Source: Nitrososphaeraceae archaeon
Lineage (GTDB): Archaea; Thermoproteota; Nitrososphaeria; Nitrososphaerales; Nitrososphaeraceae
Length of the DNA stretch: 64,000 nucleotides
Direction of reading: 5' to 3'
Assembly (NCBI GenBank): GCA_035250975.1
Contig: DATFEP010000066.1
Span: forward strand, 1 to 64,000
Made by a program: the position numbers and the translations under genes. Each line of letters begins with the position of its first letter. The stretch's first letter is position 1. Below the pieces are notes generated by a model. The model did no database searches. It saw nothing but the letters and a program-made list of their open reading frames with translations, and was not told the origin of the DNA. Positions 10,641 through 21,804 of the stretch are shown here, one piece after another.

Positions 10641-10845
10641 AACAGAGAACTAAGAATTACTTTATAATGTATATTCATTATTGTTTTTAAAAAGGTAACA
10701 TAACACAAAATAATATTCATAATGATGATAACAAATGAAAATACAAGGGGTTATGGATTAATTGAAATTAAAAGATTTATGATCTACAAAGATCCCTATT
10801 TCAAGACATAATAACCTTCTTGAAATCGAATTCATTATTTGTTTT

Positions 10846-11070
10846 ATCATAATACATACTAACAATAATTATATCGAGTTGTGTATATTTAACACACTTA
10901 TTTTTTCTTGTCCTTCCCCTTGGCAAATACATTGGTAGCAACCTTAACGATGCAGACACATTCTGGGAATATTGATTAATGTTCTCAATTAGGCTTTTCT
11001 CAATTTCTGAATGTGGATAGTTTTCTATCCCATATATTACAACCTTACAATATCATGTACGGTTCTTCAT
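10846..11070 (-). mobile_element. Degenerate relic of a DDE (IS6/IS240-like) transposase C-terminus
   Basis: Broken-frame translation T*Y...HSEIEKSLIENINQY...CYQC...IVSMYYD; resembles the relic at 39700-39935 and, from recall, Nitrososphaerales DDE transposases. Confidence 0.5.
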
Positions 11071-11624
11071 AAATTCCGTTTCTTTTCTATTTTTTTACTA
11101 ATCAATCAAAAATTTCCTAGTAACAAAAATATTTTGGTTCTTTAAATTTATGGTTTCAGAGAACTCATTAATTAGTTCAATACCATACTATAACCAGTTA
11201 TGTATATTTTAAATCTGAATAACAATTCCATTTATAATAGATAATGAAACTATTTCTTTGTAAAATTGATGATACTTTAATCTCTAAATGCTATTGCATG
11301 GAAAGTTAACTTTTTTCTCATCTAACCAAAAAATTTGGTTCCAAACGATGTTATCATAGCAATTACTAAAGGCAAAATAGATTAGGGAAACGAAATGAAG
11401 AAAAACTGATTCAAAACTATCTATGAAAAAGTTCTTATTATCGGAAAATAAGTTGGGGTTTTAAAAGGTTTATTTTGTATTAAAAGAAAAAAGGTAGATA
11501 TTAAGTATAAAATTAAATATCTAATCTGTCAGGCTATCACCTAAAATTAGAACATATAGTCACATATAGTTGGTTAGCTAGAATAATCTAATCATTCTTT
11601 TGAACGATACAGGTTAAGACCTTT

Positions 11625-11774
11625 TTAATTCGAGGTATCTCTATTACTTTTCATTGGTTTCAAAGGTGGAGGTAATTTCTCTAATTTATGAGAAGGGTTA
11701 GCAAGATAATGACGAGAAGCACCTTCTCCAGAAAGTACAATATTACATATTAAACATTTGTATTTTATAGCCAT
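11625..11774 (-). CDS. 49-aa C2H2-type zinc-finger microprotein
   Basis: MAIKYKCLICNIVLSGEGASRHYLANPSHKLEKLPPPLKPMKSNRDTSN; TATA-like TTTATTTA about 20-27 nt upstream of the ATG. Confidence 0.65.
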   Translation of the reverse strand: MAIKYKCLICNIVLSGEGASRHYLANPSHKLEKLPPPLKPMKSNRDTSN

Positions 11775-11876
11775 ATCCCAATCCAGTAGTATGTAAATAA
11801 ACTACCCTAAAAAGTCTACTATTTAAAAATAGGTCAAGGAGAAATATAATAACAAATAAGATTTCTAAGTGAATAT

Positions 11877-14060
11877 TTATCTTAGTTTTATTATTTCTCT
11901 ATTATCCGGCACGCTAGAACGAATTCCTAGCTTATTATATATGGTACTGGCTACATTCTCTGATTTTGTTCTTTCACCATGATTTACCAGAACACGCTTA
12001 GGCTTGACTCTTGATACAAAATTTAATATCTGATTAAAATCACTGTGTCCACTAAATCCGTCTATTTTTTGAGTTTGACATCTAAGTGGAATGACTTTCA
12101 CTTTACCTAGTTTATCCATCATCGTTACTTCATTTGTCGTTCCGTCGAGTACACGTCTTCCCAAAGTTCCGTTAATTTGATAAGACACAAACATTATCTT
12201 GTTATTTAAAGACGTTGCTATTTCTTTGAAATATTCCACTGAAGGGCCACCTTCTAACATTCCAGAAGTAGCCAAAATTATCGCAGGATTCTGATCGTTG
12301 AGCACCTCATCCCGTTTTCCATATCCATTCACTACAGTAAAATATTCTGATTGAAATGGATTAATTCCCTGTGCAACAGAACGTCTTACTTCTTGCCCCA
12401 AATAATGGGCATAAGACATATGTATTCCACTTGCCTCAGAGATCATCCCTTCTATATAAATTGGAGATTCTACTAATCTTCCCTCTCTCATTTCCTTGTC
12501 AATAACGAGCATAATTTCTTGAGCTCTTCCAACAGCTGGTACTGGGATGAGCACTTTTCCACCAGTCGTCAAGGTTCTGTTTATACTTTCAGTAAAGTTA
12601 TTGTATACAGTATACTGTTCAGGCATAATATCTGTTGATCCTCCGTAGGTACTTTCTGTAATCAACGTCTCTACTCGTGGATAAGTAGTGATTGCACTAT
12701 CTAAAAGCTGTGTCTTAGCATACTTATAATCTCCAGAATATAATATATTATGTACTCCAGACACATTCATATGAACAGTAGCACTTCCCATTATATGTCC
12801 GGCATTATTCATAGTAATAGTGATGTCCGGAGAGATATCAGTCGGTTTTCCATATGGCAAAGGTATAGTATGTTTAATAACTTCGTTAATGTCCCTGGTT
12901 TCATATGGACAATAAACTCCATTATTTTGGGCAACTTTAACAGAATCCATTTGTAGAAGAGACATCAGGGGAAGTGTAGGTTCAGTGCAATATACCGGAC
13001 CATTATAACCGTATTTAAATAAAGTAGGCAGAAATCCCTGATGGTCTATATGAGCATGACTAATTACTACAGCATCTAAATCATCTAGTCTAAAATTAAA
13101 CCAGTCAATCCTAGGATAAGCATCGATACTATTATTTTCTCCAGGATTAATTCCGCAGTCCAGCATAATCTTACTTTCAGAAGTGACTACTATAAAACAG
13201 GACCTTCCCACTTGCTTAACTCCACCTAAACAGAAAATTAATACTTCCTTAGAATTATTCCACGATTTTATTGGTTTTCCTAGTGCTTTACTAGAAGATT
13301 TCGTCCTATTATTATCAGAAATACTATTGCTATAATTACCATTCTCCTCTACTTTTTTAATTAAAGGTTCACGAAAAATTCGTTTTCCAAGATCTCTAAG
13401 AAAATTGGACCTTTCTTTAGAAGAACTTTTTAGAATTGTATTAATATTAGTAATGCTTTGTGATGAAATATGAGATGATCTTCTTAAATGCGCTATCCAG
13501 CCAGTAGAATGTGCGATATTTATAAGTGTATCAGTATCAATTGCTTCAGGTTTGTTAACTTCAAGAATAACTTCTCCCGTTGCATCATCACAAAAAACTG
13601 CAGAAACGCTTACATTTTTAGTCAATATTTTAGAAATTATGTTTCTTGTCTCATCTTCACGTAAACGAATAGAGGGATCAGTCCTTAAGATGAATCGTTT
13701 TTTCAACGTTTTAGATAGCGAAGAAAGATAAAAAGTTAATTCAGTTATAGAAAATTTGGGATTTTTTGTGTATAAGGCGATATTAGGTCCTTCAAATCTG
13801 GCCATGGTAATTTGTGACTCTTTTGGTATTGAATTCAGTACTTTTTTAGTGATGCTTTCTTCATCTTTACTTGATATTGTAGTATTCTGATTGGAGTTTC
13901 CTTTTTCAGAGTGATGGTCGATGAACAGATTCGATTGAGTTAAGTTGGGATCATATTTTTCGATATTAGATAAAGTAATACTGTTATCATTTGGTGGCGG
14001 AACTGGAGTTAATAACTCATCATTAACACTAATTTTACTATTATTTCGTTTTTTATTCAA
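11877..14060 (-). CDS. fttA: beta-CASP ribonuclease aCPSF1 / transcription termination factor FttA (KH domains)
   Basis: FEGPNIALY KH region, LGGVKQVGRSC, SHAHIDH, AGHIMGSA, GFSGHSD, NHGE. Confidence 0.95.
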   Translation of the reverse strand: MNKKRNNSKISVNDELLTPVPPPNDNSITLSNIEKYDPNLTQSNLFIDHHSEKGNSNQNTTISSKDEESITKKVLNSIPKESQITMARFEGPNIALYTKNPKFSITELTFYLSSLSKTLKKRFILRTDPSIRLREDETRNIISKILTKNVSVSAVFCDDATGEVILEVNKPEAIDTDTLINIAHSTGWIAHLRRSSHISSQSITNINTILKSSSKERSNFLRDLGKRIFREPLIKKVEENGNYSNSISDNNRTKSSSKALGKPIKSWNNSKEVLIFCLGGVKQVGRSCFIVVTSESKIMLDCGINPGENNSIDAYPRIDWFNFRLDDLDAVVISHAHIDHQGFLPTLFKYGYNGPVYCTEPTLPLMSLLQMDSVKVAQNNGVYCPYETRDINEVIKHTIPLPYGKPTDISPDITITMNNAGHIMGSATVHMNVSGVHNILYSGDYKYAKTQLLDSAITTYPRVETLITESTYGGSTDIMPEQYTVYNNFTESINRTLTTGGKVLIPVPAVGRAQEIMLVIDKEMREGRLVESPIYIEGMISEASGIHMSYAHYLGQEVRRSVAQGINPFQSEYFTVVNGYGKRDEVLNDQNPAIILATSGMLEGGPSVEYFKEIATSLNNKIMFVSYQINGTLGRRVLDGTTNEVTMMDKLGKVKVIPLRCQTQKIDGFSGHSDFNQILNFVSRVKPKRVLVNHGERTKSENVASTIYNKLGIRSSVPDNREIIKLR

Positions 14061-14269
14061 ATTTTATCGTCCATTTTTTTATAATTCAATCATTGTCTAT
14101 TTAATGAAGTTTACAAATATAACCAATAGACATAAATTGATATAATGATCTAATATTTATTGAATCCATTAATATAGTTTTAGTTAATTAATCAAAAATC
14201 CTTGTAAATTCAGTATACTTGACTTTGTTATTTCACTTCAATAAAATAATATGAAATGTGAAAATTAAA

Positions 14270-15496
14270 TTACCACAGAATCCATGGTAGTACAAATGCC
14301 ATTACAACTATTACTAACATTATAAGTGTTAGAATAGTCGAAGGACTAAGTCTAGTATTCTTAGTTTTGATCTTTTTTTCAAGTAACGATCCATACCATT
14401 GACCTCCATCTAACATAGCAATTGGTAGCGCATTGAAAATTCCAACATTAAAGTTGATAAACCAGTTCCAGAACAAAAAGTTAGATATGATAGGAAAGAA
14501 ATCTCCAAAAAGACTCGAAGTATAATAGGGTGCCATTAGGTCAGAAAATGGGACTATACCTTGTTGAATGGTGGGAGGCATAAGTATAGCCAAGGGAGAA
14601 GACGTAAATGCGTTCTTATAAATATCTAATACTAAAACCGGGTCTGGATTTAAATTCGTTAAGGAAACACCCAATATAACGTTATTTGCAGGGGGAACAT
14701 CAGGAAGTTTTACGGAACTAAAACGATTTTGATTGTCGCTCGAAGTCCACTTGATCTCAATGTAAGAACCTAAATTGTCCTTCAAAATCTCGCGGAATTT
14801 TGAAACGTCATTCATAGGTTCTCCGTTAATTGATCGCAAAACTGAATCCTTTTCTAGTCCTATTGATTGAGCTAATGACTTATCATTAACACCCAGAATT
14901 TTTAAGCCTATGTCAGTCGGCTGAGAATTAGGAACAGGTGTAAGCGTTGAAACTACAAAAAATAATAACACAAGCGAGATCCCTGCCATAATCATATTAT
15001 TTAAAGGTCCCGCAGTAAGAATTGCACTCTTTTGTTTGAAAGTTGTTTTATTCAATTCATCTTGCTGAATATTTACAAATGCACCAATAGGAATACCAAG
15101 AAATAGCACTATCCCAGTAGACTCAACTTTTGTATTATAGACACGTGCAACTATTCCATGACCTGCTTCATGTATTACAATAGTAACTATCAAAGCTGCC
15201 CATCCATAGGTCCAAGGAAGTATAGGGTTTAGTCCAGGAATCAAAATATTGCTTTGGGGCCCGAGATCTCTGACACCAGCTCTCGCTGAATCATTAGAAA
15301 AAAGAACAATAATAGAACTCAATATCAAAAAAATTGCCAGTGCTGTAATCAGAGGCATTAGATAAGTATTAAAATCTGCATAAATTTTTCCAATCTTTGT
15401 TTTTGCTATTTTATCAAAAAATTCTAAACCAAATGGAGTATGAATAAGTATTAAAGGTAACTTGAGCTCAGTTTTAATGCCAATATTTTTTTGCAA
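14270..15496 (-). CDS. Site-2 protease (M50 family) with PDZ domain
   Basis: HEAGHG, AGPLNN, FNALP..LDGG, transmembrane segments. Confidence 0.92.
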   Translation of the reverse strand: MQKNIGIKTELKLPLILIHTPFGLEFFDKIAKTKIGKIYADFNTYLMPLITALAIFLILSSIIVLFSNDSARAGVRDLGPQSNILIPGLNPILPWTYGWAALIVTIVIHEAGHGIVARVYNTKVESTGIVLFLGIPIGAFVNIQQDELNKTTFKQKSAILTAGPLNNMIMAGISLVLLFFVVSTLTPVPNSQPTDIGLKILGVNDKSLAQSIGLEKDSVLRSINGEPMNDVSKFREILKDNLGSYIEIKWTSSDNQNRFSSVKLPDVPPANNVILGVSLTNLNPDPVLVLDIYKNAFTSSPLAILMPPTIQQGIVPFSDLMAPYYTSSLFGDFFPIISNFLFWNWFINFNVGIFNALPIAMLDGGQWYGSLLEKKIKTKNTRLSPSTILTLIMLVIVVMAFVLPWILW

Positions 15497-15596
15497 ATGT
15501 GATTGTTTGATCTAAATCCTATTTAAATCAATCACAGAGCTACGATAGATATATTTTAATATGAACATTTCATCATTTTTTCCTAATTGATTTTCT

Positions 15597-16250
15597 TTGA
15601 TAGCTAATATCCTAAAAAGGTCATTTTTTGAAAGAGATACTTCCATAGTTGCCAAAGAACTCGTAGGAAAATGTCTTGTCAGAAAATTGCAAAGAGAAAA
15701 AAAGATTTTGAAATTATCTGGAATAATAGTTGAAACAGAAGCTTACGGATATATTGATGACGAGGCTAGCCATGCTTTCATTGGTTTAACTAAGAGAAAC
15801 AGTGTAATGTTTGGAAGGGGAGGATTTGTTTATATTTATTTTACTTATGGAAACCATTATTGTTTTAACATCTCGGCACATGCCCCTGCAATGAGCGCGG
15901 GAGCAATTCTCATCAGAGCTATTGAACCTGTCAATGGGATTGAGCAAATGAAGAAATTTAGAAATAAGAATGATTTGTTAAATTTGGCTTCTGGTCCAGG
16001 AAAATTAACTCAAGCATTTTCTATTAACATAAAACACAATGGGTATGACGTAACTAATTATAATAGTAATATTTACTTCCAAGAAAATCAGAGTCAAACA
16101 AGCATTGTAATTTGTACCAAAAGAATAGGCATACGAAAGGACATTGAAAGATATTGGCGATTTTTATTAGCCGAGAAGGAAGGAAAGAGTATTTATATAA
16201 ATAAATACGTTTCAAAGAAAAAAGAAAATCAAGATTATAAAATCTGCTAA
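15597..16250 (+). CDS. mpg: 3-methyladenine DNA glycosylase (MPG/AAG family)
   Basis: IVETEAY, YIYFTYGNHYCFN, LIRAIEP, SGPGKLTQA, RIGI. Confidence 0.93.
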   Translation: MIANILKRSFFERDTSIVAKELVGKCLVRKLQREKKILKLSGIIVETEAYGYIDDEASHAFIGLTKRNSVMFGRGGFVYIYFTYGNHYCFNISAHAPAMSAGAILIRAIEPVNGIEQMKKFRNKNDLLNLASGPGKLTQAFSINIKHNGYDVTNYNSNIYFQENQSQTSIVICTKRIGIRKDIERYWRFLLAEKEGKSIYINKYVSKKKENQDYKIC

Positions 16251-16262
16251 TTTTAGTACTTC

Positions 16263-17477
16263 TTAAAGAGGGCTTTGATCCGAGGAGATTAAATATTTTC
16301 TTCCTCGCCAACTCACCAATCCGTTCCTGTTTGATTTACTTATCCCCTTAATAAATCCGGAAACAATAATTAAAGCACCTAAGGGGGCACCTAGAGAATA
16401 AATTTTGTCCAAAAAAAGAGTTTTCTTTGTATGTATGATGTTTGTGAATGTGATTAGAGAAGCGACAACAAAAGAAATCATAGAAACAACTAAATTTAAA
16501 TTGTCAAAAGTTAACAAATAAGAGATAAGGAAAAATGGGAAGAAAATAAACGGCGATAATAACAGAAAAAACAGAGAGATGGTTAACATTAATACTTTTA
16601 CCTTATTTGCCTTAAATAAGGGTACAACTAATCTGTCTATCGCATCTATTAATTCCTGAGAATTGCGCGCCCATACTGCATTAACAAAATTTTCACCTCT
16701 AATCATCATCATTTTATAATTTCGTTCCTTCACTTTTTTGCCAAGGGCACCATCCTCGATTATCTCATGTTTTACGGACTGGTGCGATCCTATTTTTTGA
16801 TACGTGTCTCTTGTTATTATGAAAAAACTTCCAAAAAAATATCCTAATTTTGAATATGGGTCATTTACCTTTAATGGTGAATATCTAGTATGCATAAAAG
16901 TAATAAGTATTGGTAATGTAATTTTGGTAAAGAAATCATTACATAATAACTTTGGCATCAATGTTAGTGCTTGTAAATCATTAGCGATCATATTTTCCAC
17001 AGCTATTTTCAATGTATTTTCAGAATGGTACGAATCAGCGTCCGTAAAAAGTAACAAAGTCCCACTTGATTTTATATACCCATTGAAACATGCCCAGTTT
17101 TTTCCGATCCATCCTTCAGGTCGTGGAGGGTTAGTGCATATAATAACATTAGGATTATGTTCCACATAGTAATTCATAATATTTAATGTATCATCATATG
17201 AGTCATCATTAACTATAATAATTTCATAATTTGAATATGTTTGTTTCAAAAGGCTATCAATACAAGAGCTTAGATATTTCTCTTCATTTCTTGCAGGCAA
17301 TATAATACTTACTTTTGGATATTTATAAGATTTATTTCTATTATGATCAATATAATCTTCTAACTTTGGTGATTTGGATATTGAATGTAACATAAAAATA
17401 AGAAAATAAACCCAAGTAATCAATATACCACCCATTATAAATATCAAAATAAGCATAAGAATAAATAATTCATACAT
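16263..17477 (-). CDS. Membrane-bound GT2 glycosyltransferase
   Basis: ILPARNEE, GWIGKNWAC, FTDAD, IEDG, WRGR. Confidence 0.9.
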   Translation of the reverse strand: MYELFILMLILIFIMGGILITWVYFLIFMLHSISKSPKLEDYIDHNRNKSYKYPKVSIILPARNEEKYLSSCIDSLLKQTYSNYEIIIVNDDSYDDTLNIMNYYVEHNPNVIICTNPPRPEGWIGKNWACFNGYIKSSGTLLLFTDADSYHSENTLKIAVENMIANDLQALTLMPKLLCNDFFTKITLPILITFMHTRYSPLKVNDPYSKLGYFFGSFFIITRDTYQKIGSHQSVKHEIIEDGALGKKVKERNYKMMMIRGENFVNAVWARNSQELIDAIDRLVVPLFKANKVKVLMLTISLFFLLLSPFIFFPFFLISYLLTFDNLNLVVSMISFVVASLITFTNIIHTKKTLFLDKIYSLGAPLGALIIVSGFIKGISKSNRNGLVSWRGRKYLISSDQSPL

Positions 17478-17682
17478 CGCGATTGTTAATCTTTAAGTAG
17501 AGTGAACCAATAAAAAAATTTACTGAATTAATTATATATGTTCAAATGCCCTTTATTACAGAAATTATGGCAATCATAAAAATTCACAAATTATATACTA
17601 ATTTTTGTTTATTTATTAACTTTTTAAATAATTATCAGCTAAACTTAATATATCGAAGACATTGTGGCTAAAGCAAATACCT

Positions 17683-18345
17683 ATGCTAATAATATTTGAT
17701 GTGGAAGGAGTTTTGCTTAATGCAGAATATCTTCCAGTTTTGGCTCAAGTATTTGGTCCGGAAAAAGAAAAAGAAATCTGGGATATAACTAAACAGGGCA
17801 TAAGAGGAGATATTAATTGGGAAGACGGTATAATAAAGAGAGTCCGCGCATTAAGAGGAATAAAATACGAAGATGCCAAGAAAATAGCTAAAAATTTGGA
17901 AATTATGCCTGGAGCGAAAGATCTCTGTTCTTCGTTAAAAAAAGCAGGGTGGAAAATGATTGCCGTCTCTGGGGGATTTAGCATAATTACAGATAGGTTA
18001 AAAAACGAATTAGGACTGGATTTGATCTTCTCGAATGAGCTTATTTTTAAAGATGGAAAATTAGATGATATTGAACTTAGAGTAACTTCTGACAAGTCAT
18101 TACTCGTAAGGCCGTTCATAAAACAATTTAATATTAAGAAGGAAGATATTGTTGTAGTAGTCGATGGGGCAAATGATTTAAAATTGTTCGACTTGGCCTC
18201 ATATACTGTGGGTTTTTGTCCTGTAGACATGGTAAAAAAGAAGGCTGATGACGTAATAGAAATAAGAAATTTATCTTTACTTAAAGGCCTCTTAGAAAAA
18301 AGATTTGGCAGGTCAATTCTAAATACGGTTCAGAAAGTTTCCTGA
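17683..18345 (+). CDS. serB: Phosphoserine phosphatase SerB (HAD family)
   Basis: FDVEGVL, VSGGF, DGANDL motifs. Confidence 0.88.
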   Translation: MLIIFDVEGVLLNAEYLPVLAQVFGPEKEKEIWDITKQGIRGDINWEDGIIKRVRALRGIKYEDAKKIAKNLEIMPGAKDLCSSLKKAGWKMIAVSGGFSIITDRLKNELGLDLIFSNELIFKDGKLDDIELRVTSDKSLLVRPFIKQFNIKKEDIVVVVDGANDLKLFDLASYTVGFCPVDMVKKKADDVIEIRNLSLLKGLLEKRFGRSILNTVQKVS

Positions 18346-18348
18346 AGA

Positions 18349-19125
18349 TTGCCAGTTAGCAAGTTAGAAATAATACCTATTTCAATTCTCTCGGAAATCA
18401 AGCCAAATGACAATCTTATAGACATTATTTTAAGTTCTCTGCATAAAAGTAATAGTATGCGCATAAAATTAAAAAATAAAGATATTCTGGTTATTGCTCA
18501 AAAAATAATATCGAAACAGGAAGGAATGTTCGTGGAATTGGCACGTGTCATACCCTCCAAACAGGCACTTGAAATTAGAAAAAGTGTAAACAAAGATCCC
18601 AGGATAATAGAGCTTATTTTACAAGAATCACGGAAGATAATAAAAATTTTTAATAAAACTATGATAGTTGAAACAAATCAAGGTTTCATTTGTGCCAATG
18701 CAGGAATAGATCAGAGTAACGTGAGTAAGAATAAAGATAGGGTTTTACTTTTACCAAGAAACCCAGATCAAACAGCAAGCCGAATCAGAAGAGAAATCAA
18801 GAGAAAAACTGGAAGGGAGATAGCTGTCATTATTTCAGATACATTTGGTAGACCCTTCAGGAACGGTCAAACTAATGTAGCAATAGGTGTATCTGGACTC
18901 AAACCTATCAAGAGTTATATTGGTAAGAAGGATATGTACGGAAACGTCCTAAAAGTAACAGAAATTGCTATTGCTGATGAAATTGCTGGGGCTTCTGAAC
19001 TAGTCATGGGAAAATGTAACAAAATTCCTGCTGTTATTATAAGAGGTTTTAATTTCACTATTACAAGAAAATCTAATATTAAGGATTTGAATAGAAGGGA
19101 GAAACTAGATATGTTTAGAAGATAA
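18349..19125 (+). CDS. cofE: Coenzyme F420-0:L-glutamate ligase
   Basis: QKIISKQEG, CANAGIDQSN, ISDTFGRPFRNGQ. Confidence 0.95.
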   Translation: MPVSKLEIIPISILSEIKPNDNLIDIILSSLHKSNSMRIKLKNKDILVIAQKIISKQEGMFVELARVIPSKQALEIRKSVNKDPRIIELILQESRKIIKIFNKTMIVETNQGFICANAGIDQSNVSKNKDRVLLLPRNPDQTASRIRREIKRKTGREIAVIISDTFGRPFRNGQTNVAIGVSGLKPIKSYIGKKDMYGNVLKVTEIAIADEIAGASELVMGKCNKIPAVIIRGFNFTITRKSNIKDLNRREKLDMFRR

Positions 19126-19338
19126 AAAATGAATTCCATCTATTCACAATTATCGCTTTTCTCATCAGAAAAATTTTCAGTCAAAAATGAATTCTAACAA
19201 TGCTTCTTAAATATATTAAATCTTTATTATTTGTATAAAATATCTTTAATATAGTATAACTATTCTTTTTAGTATTCCACTTCCTTAAAGTCATAAACAT
19301 TTTATATTACATTCAGGTGTTTTATTTGTGATTACCAG

Positions 19339-19581
19339 TTGATTGATAATATGGAATTTAAAAAGATTATCGATGTAAGAGGTCTTTATTGTCCTGAACC
19401 AGTTTTTAGGACAAAGATAGAAATGGAAAAAATGTCCATCGGAGAAAAATTGAAGGTCGTTGCTGATGATCCTCAATCTGAAGAAGACATTTCTCGATGG
19501 GTAAACAGAAATGGTCATGAATTACTTTCTATTGATAAGAAAGAACAAGATCTAGAGTTTGTAATTAAGAAGGCTAAATAA
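19339..19581 (+). CDS. tusA: TusA/SirA-family sulfur carrier
   Basis: DVRGLYCPEP, ADDP motifs. Confidence 0.9.
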   Translation: MIDNMEFKKIIDVRGLYCPEPVFRTKIEMEKMSIGEKLKVVADDPQSEEDISRWVNRNGHELLSIDKKEQDLEFVIKKAK

Positions 19582-19585
19582 CAAA

Positions 19586-20587
19586 ATGACTATATCTTCT
19601 ACTACAGAAACGGAAATAATTCAAAGAATAGGTAATACGCCTTTGATAGAGTTACCAAAGTTTTCAGTAAAACATGTAAGACTTTTTGCAAAATTAGAAT
19701 GGTACAATCCTTTTGGTTCTGTAAAAGATAGAGCAGCTTATTGGATGATAAAGGATGCTGAAAAAAATGGAAAATTACGAAAAAACAAGAGCATCATAAT
19801 AGAACCATCATCAGGAAATACTGGAATCGCTTTAACTGGAATCGCTTCCTCAATGGGATATAAGGTAGAAATTGTTATACCTGATAAAGTGAGTGATGAA
19901 ACTAAAAAAATTTTAAGAAATTTAGGTGCAACAGTTCACGAAACATCTGATGATTTGTGCCCTAGAGTAGGAGCAGGAACTGATCAAAGTATTGCCTTAG
20001 CAAGAGCTATATCAACTCCTAGACCTGACATTTACTATATGCCAAATCAATACGAGAATGATGCAAATTATCTTGCGCATTATGAAAGTACCGGACCTGA
20101 AATATGGAAGCAAACAAATGGATCCGTAACACATTTTTTGACTGGATGTGGTACTGGTGGAACTATTACTGGAACAGGAGTGTATTTAAAAGAGATGAAT
20201 CCAAATATAAAAATCATAGCTGTTCAAGCACAAAAGAATCATTTGTTACAGGGCTTGAGAAATTTTGAAGAATCAGCAATGCCTGAACTTTTCAAAAAAC
20301 GAGAAACTGTGGTAAATGAATGGTTTACTGCAACAAACGATGAATCTTTTAACATGGTAAAAGAATTAGCATATAAAGAAAAGCTTCTAGTTGGTCCATC
20401 TTCGGGATCCGTAATGGCTGCAATGATACAACAAAGAAACAAGACGGAAAAGGGAGTGATAGTAGGTATTTTTGCCGACGATGGAAGAAAGTTCAAAAGT
20501 TTGTATTTACAACAAAATATATTCTCAGAAGAGGAATATGATAGAAACCTAAAATATGCAGGTTATCTGCCAGATCTATATTATTAA
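19586..20587 (+). CDS. PLP-dependent cysteine synthase family protein
   Basis: KLEWYNPFGSVKDR, EPSSGNTG, GTGGTITG, GPSSG. Confidence 0.93.
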   Translation: MTISSTTETEIIQRIGNTPLIELPKFSVKHVRLFAKLEWYNPFGSVKDRAAYWMIKDAEKNGKLRKNKSIIIEPSSGNTGIALTGIASSMGYKVEIVIPDKVSDETKKILRNLGATVHETSDDLCPRVGAGTDQSIALARAISTPRPDIYYMPNQYENDANYLAHYESTGPEIWKQTNGSVTHFLTGCGTGGTITGTGVYLKEMNPNIKIIAVQAQKNHLLQGLRNFEESAMPELFKKRETVVNEWFTATNDESFNMVKELAYKEKLLVGPSSGSVMAAMIQQRNKTEKGVIVGIFADDGRKFKSLYLQQNIFSEEEYDRNLKYAGYLPDLYY

Positions 20588-20679
20588 TCATTATTTAATC
20601 GTAATTTCCTCAAATTCATCATATATCATCGTACCAAATCGTTGTCCCATTATAAAATACGTATTACTTTTTTTTTCAT

Positions 20680-21666
20680 TTACTTTTTTTCATTTAACCA
20701 TTTTTCGACATCCAAAGCAGCCATGCACCCGTACCCTGCTGCAGTAACTGCCTGTCTATAACGATAATCATGGACATCTCCGGCAGCAAAGACACCGTCG
20801 ACACTAGTTTTCGTATTTTCTTTCAACTTTATATATCCATGGTCATCCATGTCAATCTGACCTCTAAAAATTTTGGTGTTGGGTTCATGACCAATAGCAA
20901 TGAACAAGCCACCAATATCTAGTTCAGTTTCTTTAGACGTATTCAAATCTTGTATCAGTACTTTCGATATTTTTTTTTCTCCTGTGATTGTTTTAACAGT
21001 ACTATTCCAAATGAAATCAATTTTAGGATTTTCAAATGCCTTTTCCTGAAGGATCTTACTTGCGCGAAGACTGTCTCTCCTATGAATGACTTTGACGGAT
21101 TTACCGAATTTAGTCAAAAATGTCGCCTCCTCCAATGCCGTATCTCCTCCTCCCGCGACAACTATATCCTCTCCTTTAAAAAATGGTCCATCACAGGTAG
21201 CACAATATGATATTCCTCTGCCTGCAAATTTTTCTTCACCATCTACACCTAGTTTTCTTGGCGTTGCGCCAGTACAAATAAGAACAGATTTAGAAAGATA
21301 TTCATTTGAATGTGTTTGGACTAAAAACGGTCTGTCTTGGAAATTGACTTCAATGACTTCATCGTCAATGATATTACATCCAAACCTTTCAGCCTGTTGC
21401 CTCATATTCATCATCAATTCGGGACCAAAGATTCCATTTGGAAAACCAGGGTAATTTTCAACTTCGCTAGTAGTCATTAGTTGACCTCCTGGAAGCGAGC
21501 CTGTAATAATCAAAGTATTAAGTTTAGCTCTGGATGTATAGGTACTTGCAGTATATCCTGCTGGGCCAGATCCTATAATAATGACATCAAAGTAGTTTGG
21601 ATTATCGCCAGAATGAGAATCTTTGAAAGTGGTATTATTGGTATCATCATCTTCGTCTTTTTGCAT
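20680..21666 (-). CDS. trxB: Thioredoxin reductase
   Basis: GSGPAG, CATCDG redox motif, GGGDTA, AAGDV. Confidence 0.97.
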   Translation of the reverse strand: MQKDEDDDTNNTTFKDSHSGDNPNYFDVIIIGSGPAGYTASTYTSRAKLNTLIITGSLPGGQLMTTSEVENYPGFPNGIFGPELMMNMRQQAERFGCNIIDDEVIEVNFQDRPFLVQTHSNEYLSKSVLICTGATPRKLGVDGEEKFAGRGISYCATCDGPFFKGEDIVVAGGGDTALEEATFLTKFGKSVKVIHRRDSLRASKILQEKAFENPKIDFIWNSTVKTITGEKKISKVLIQDLNTSKETELDIGGLFIAIGHEPNTKIFRGQIDMDDHGYIKLKENTKTSVDGVFAAGDVHDYRYRQAVTAAGYGCMAALDVEKWLNEKK

Positions 21667-21804
21667 TATTATTATTAAGAAAATAGACTGATTAATAATT
21701 TGTTCGTGTAGAATAAAAAAATACGCTAAATTCGATTAGAAATAAAAATATTTTTAGAAATTGAAAAAAATTTGATAAAATCTCCTTAAATCGATTATTT
21801 TTAT

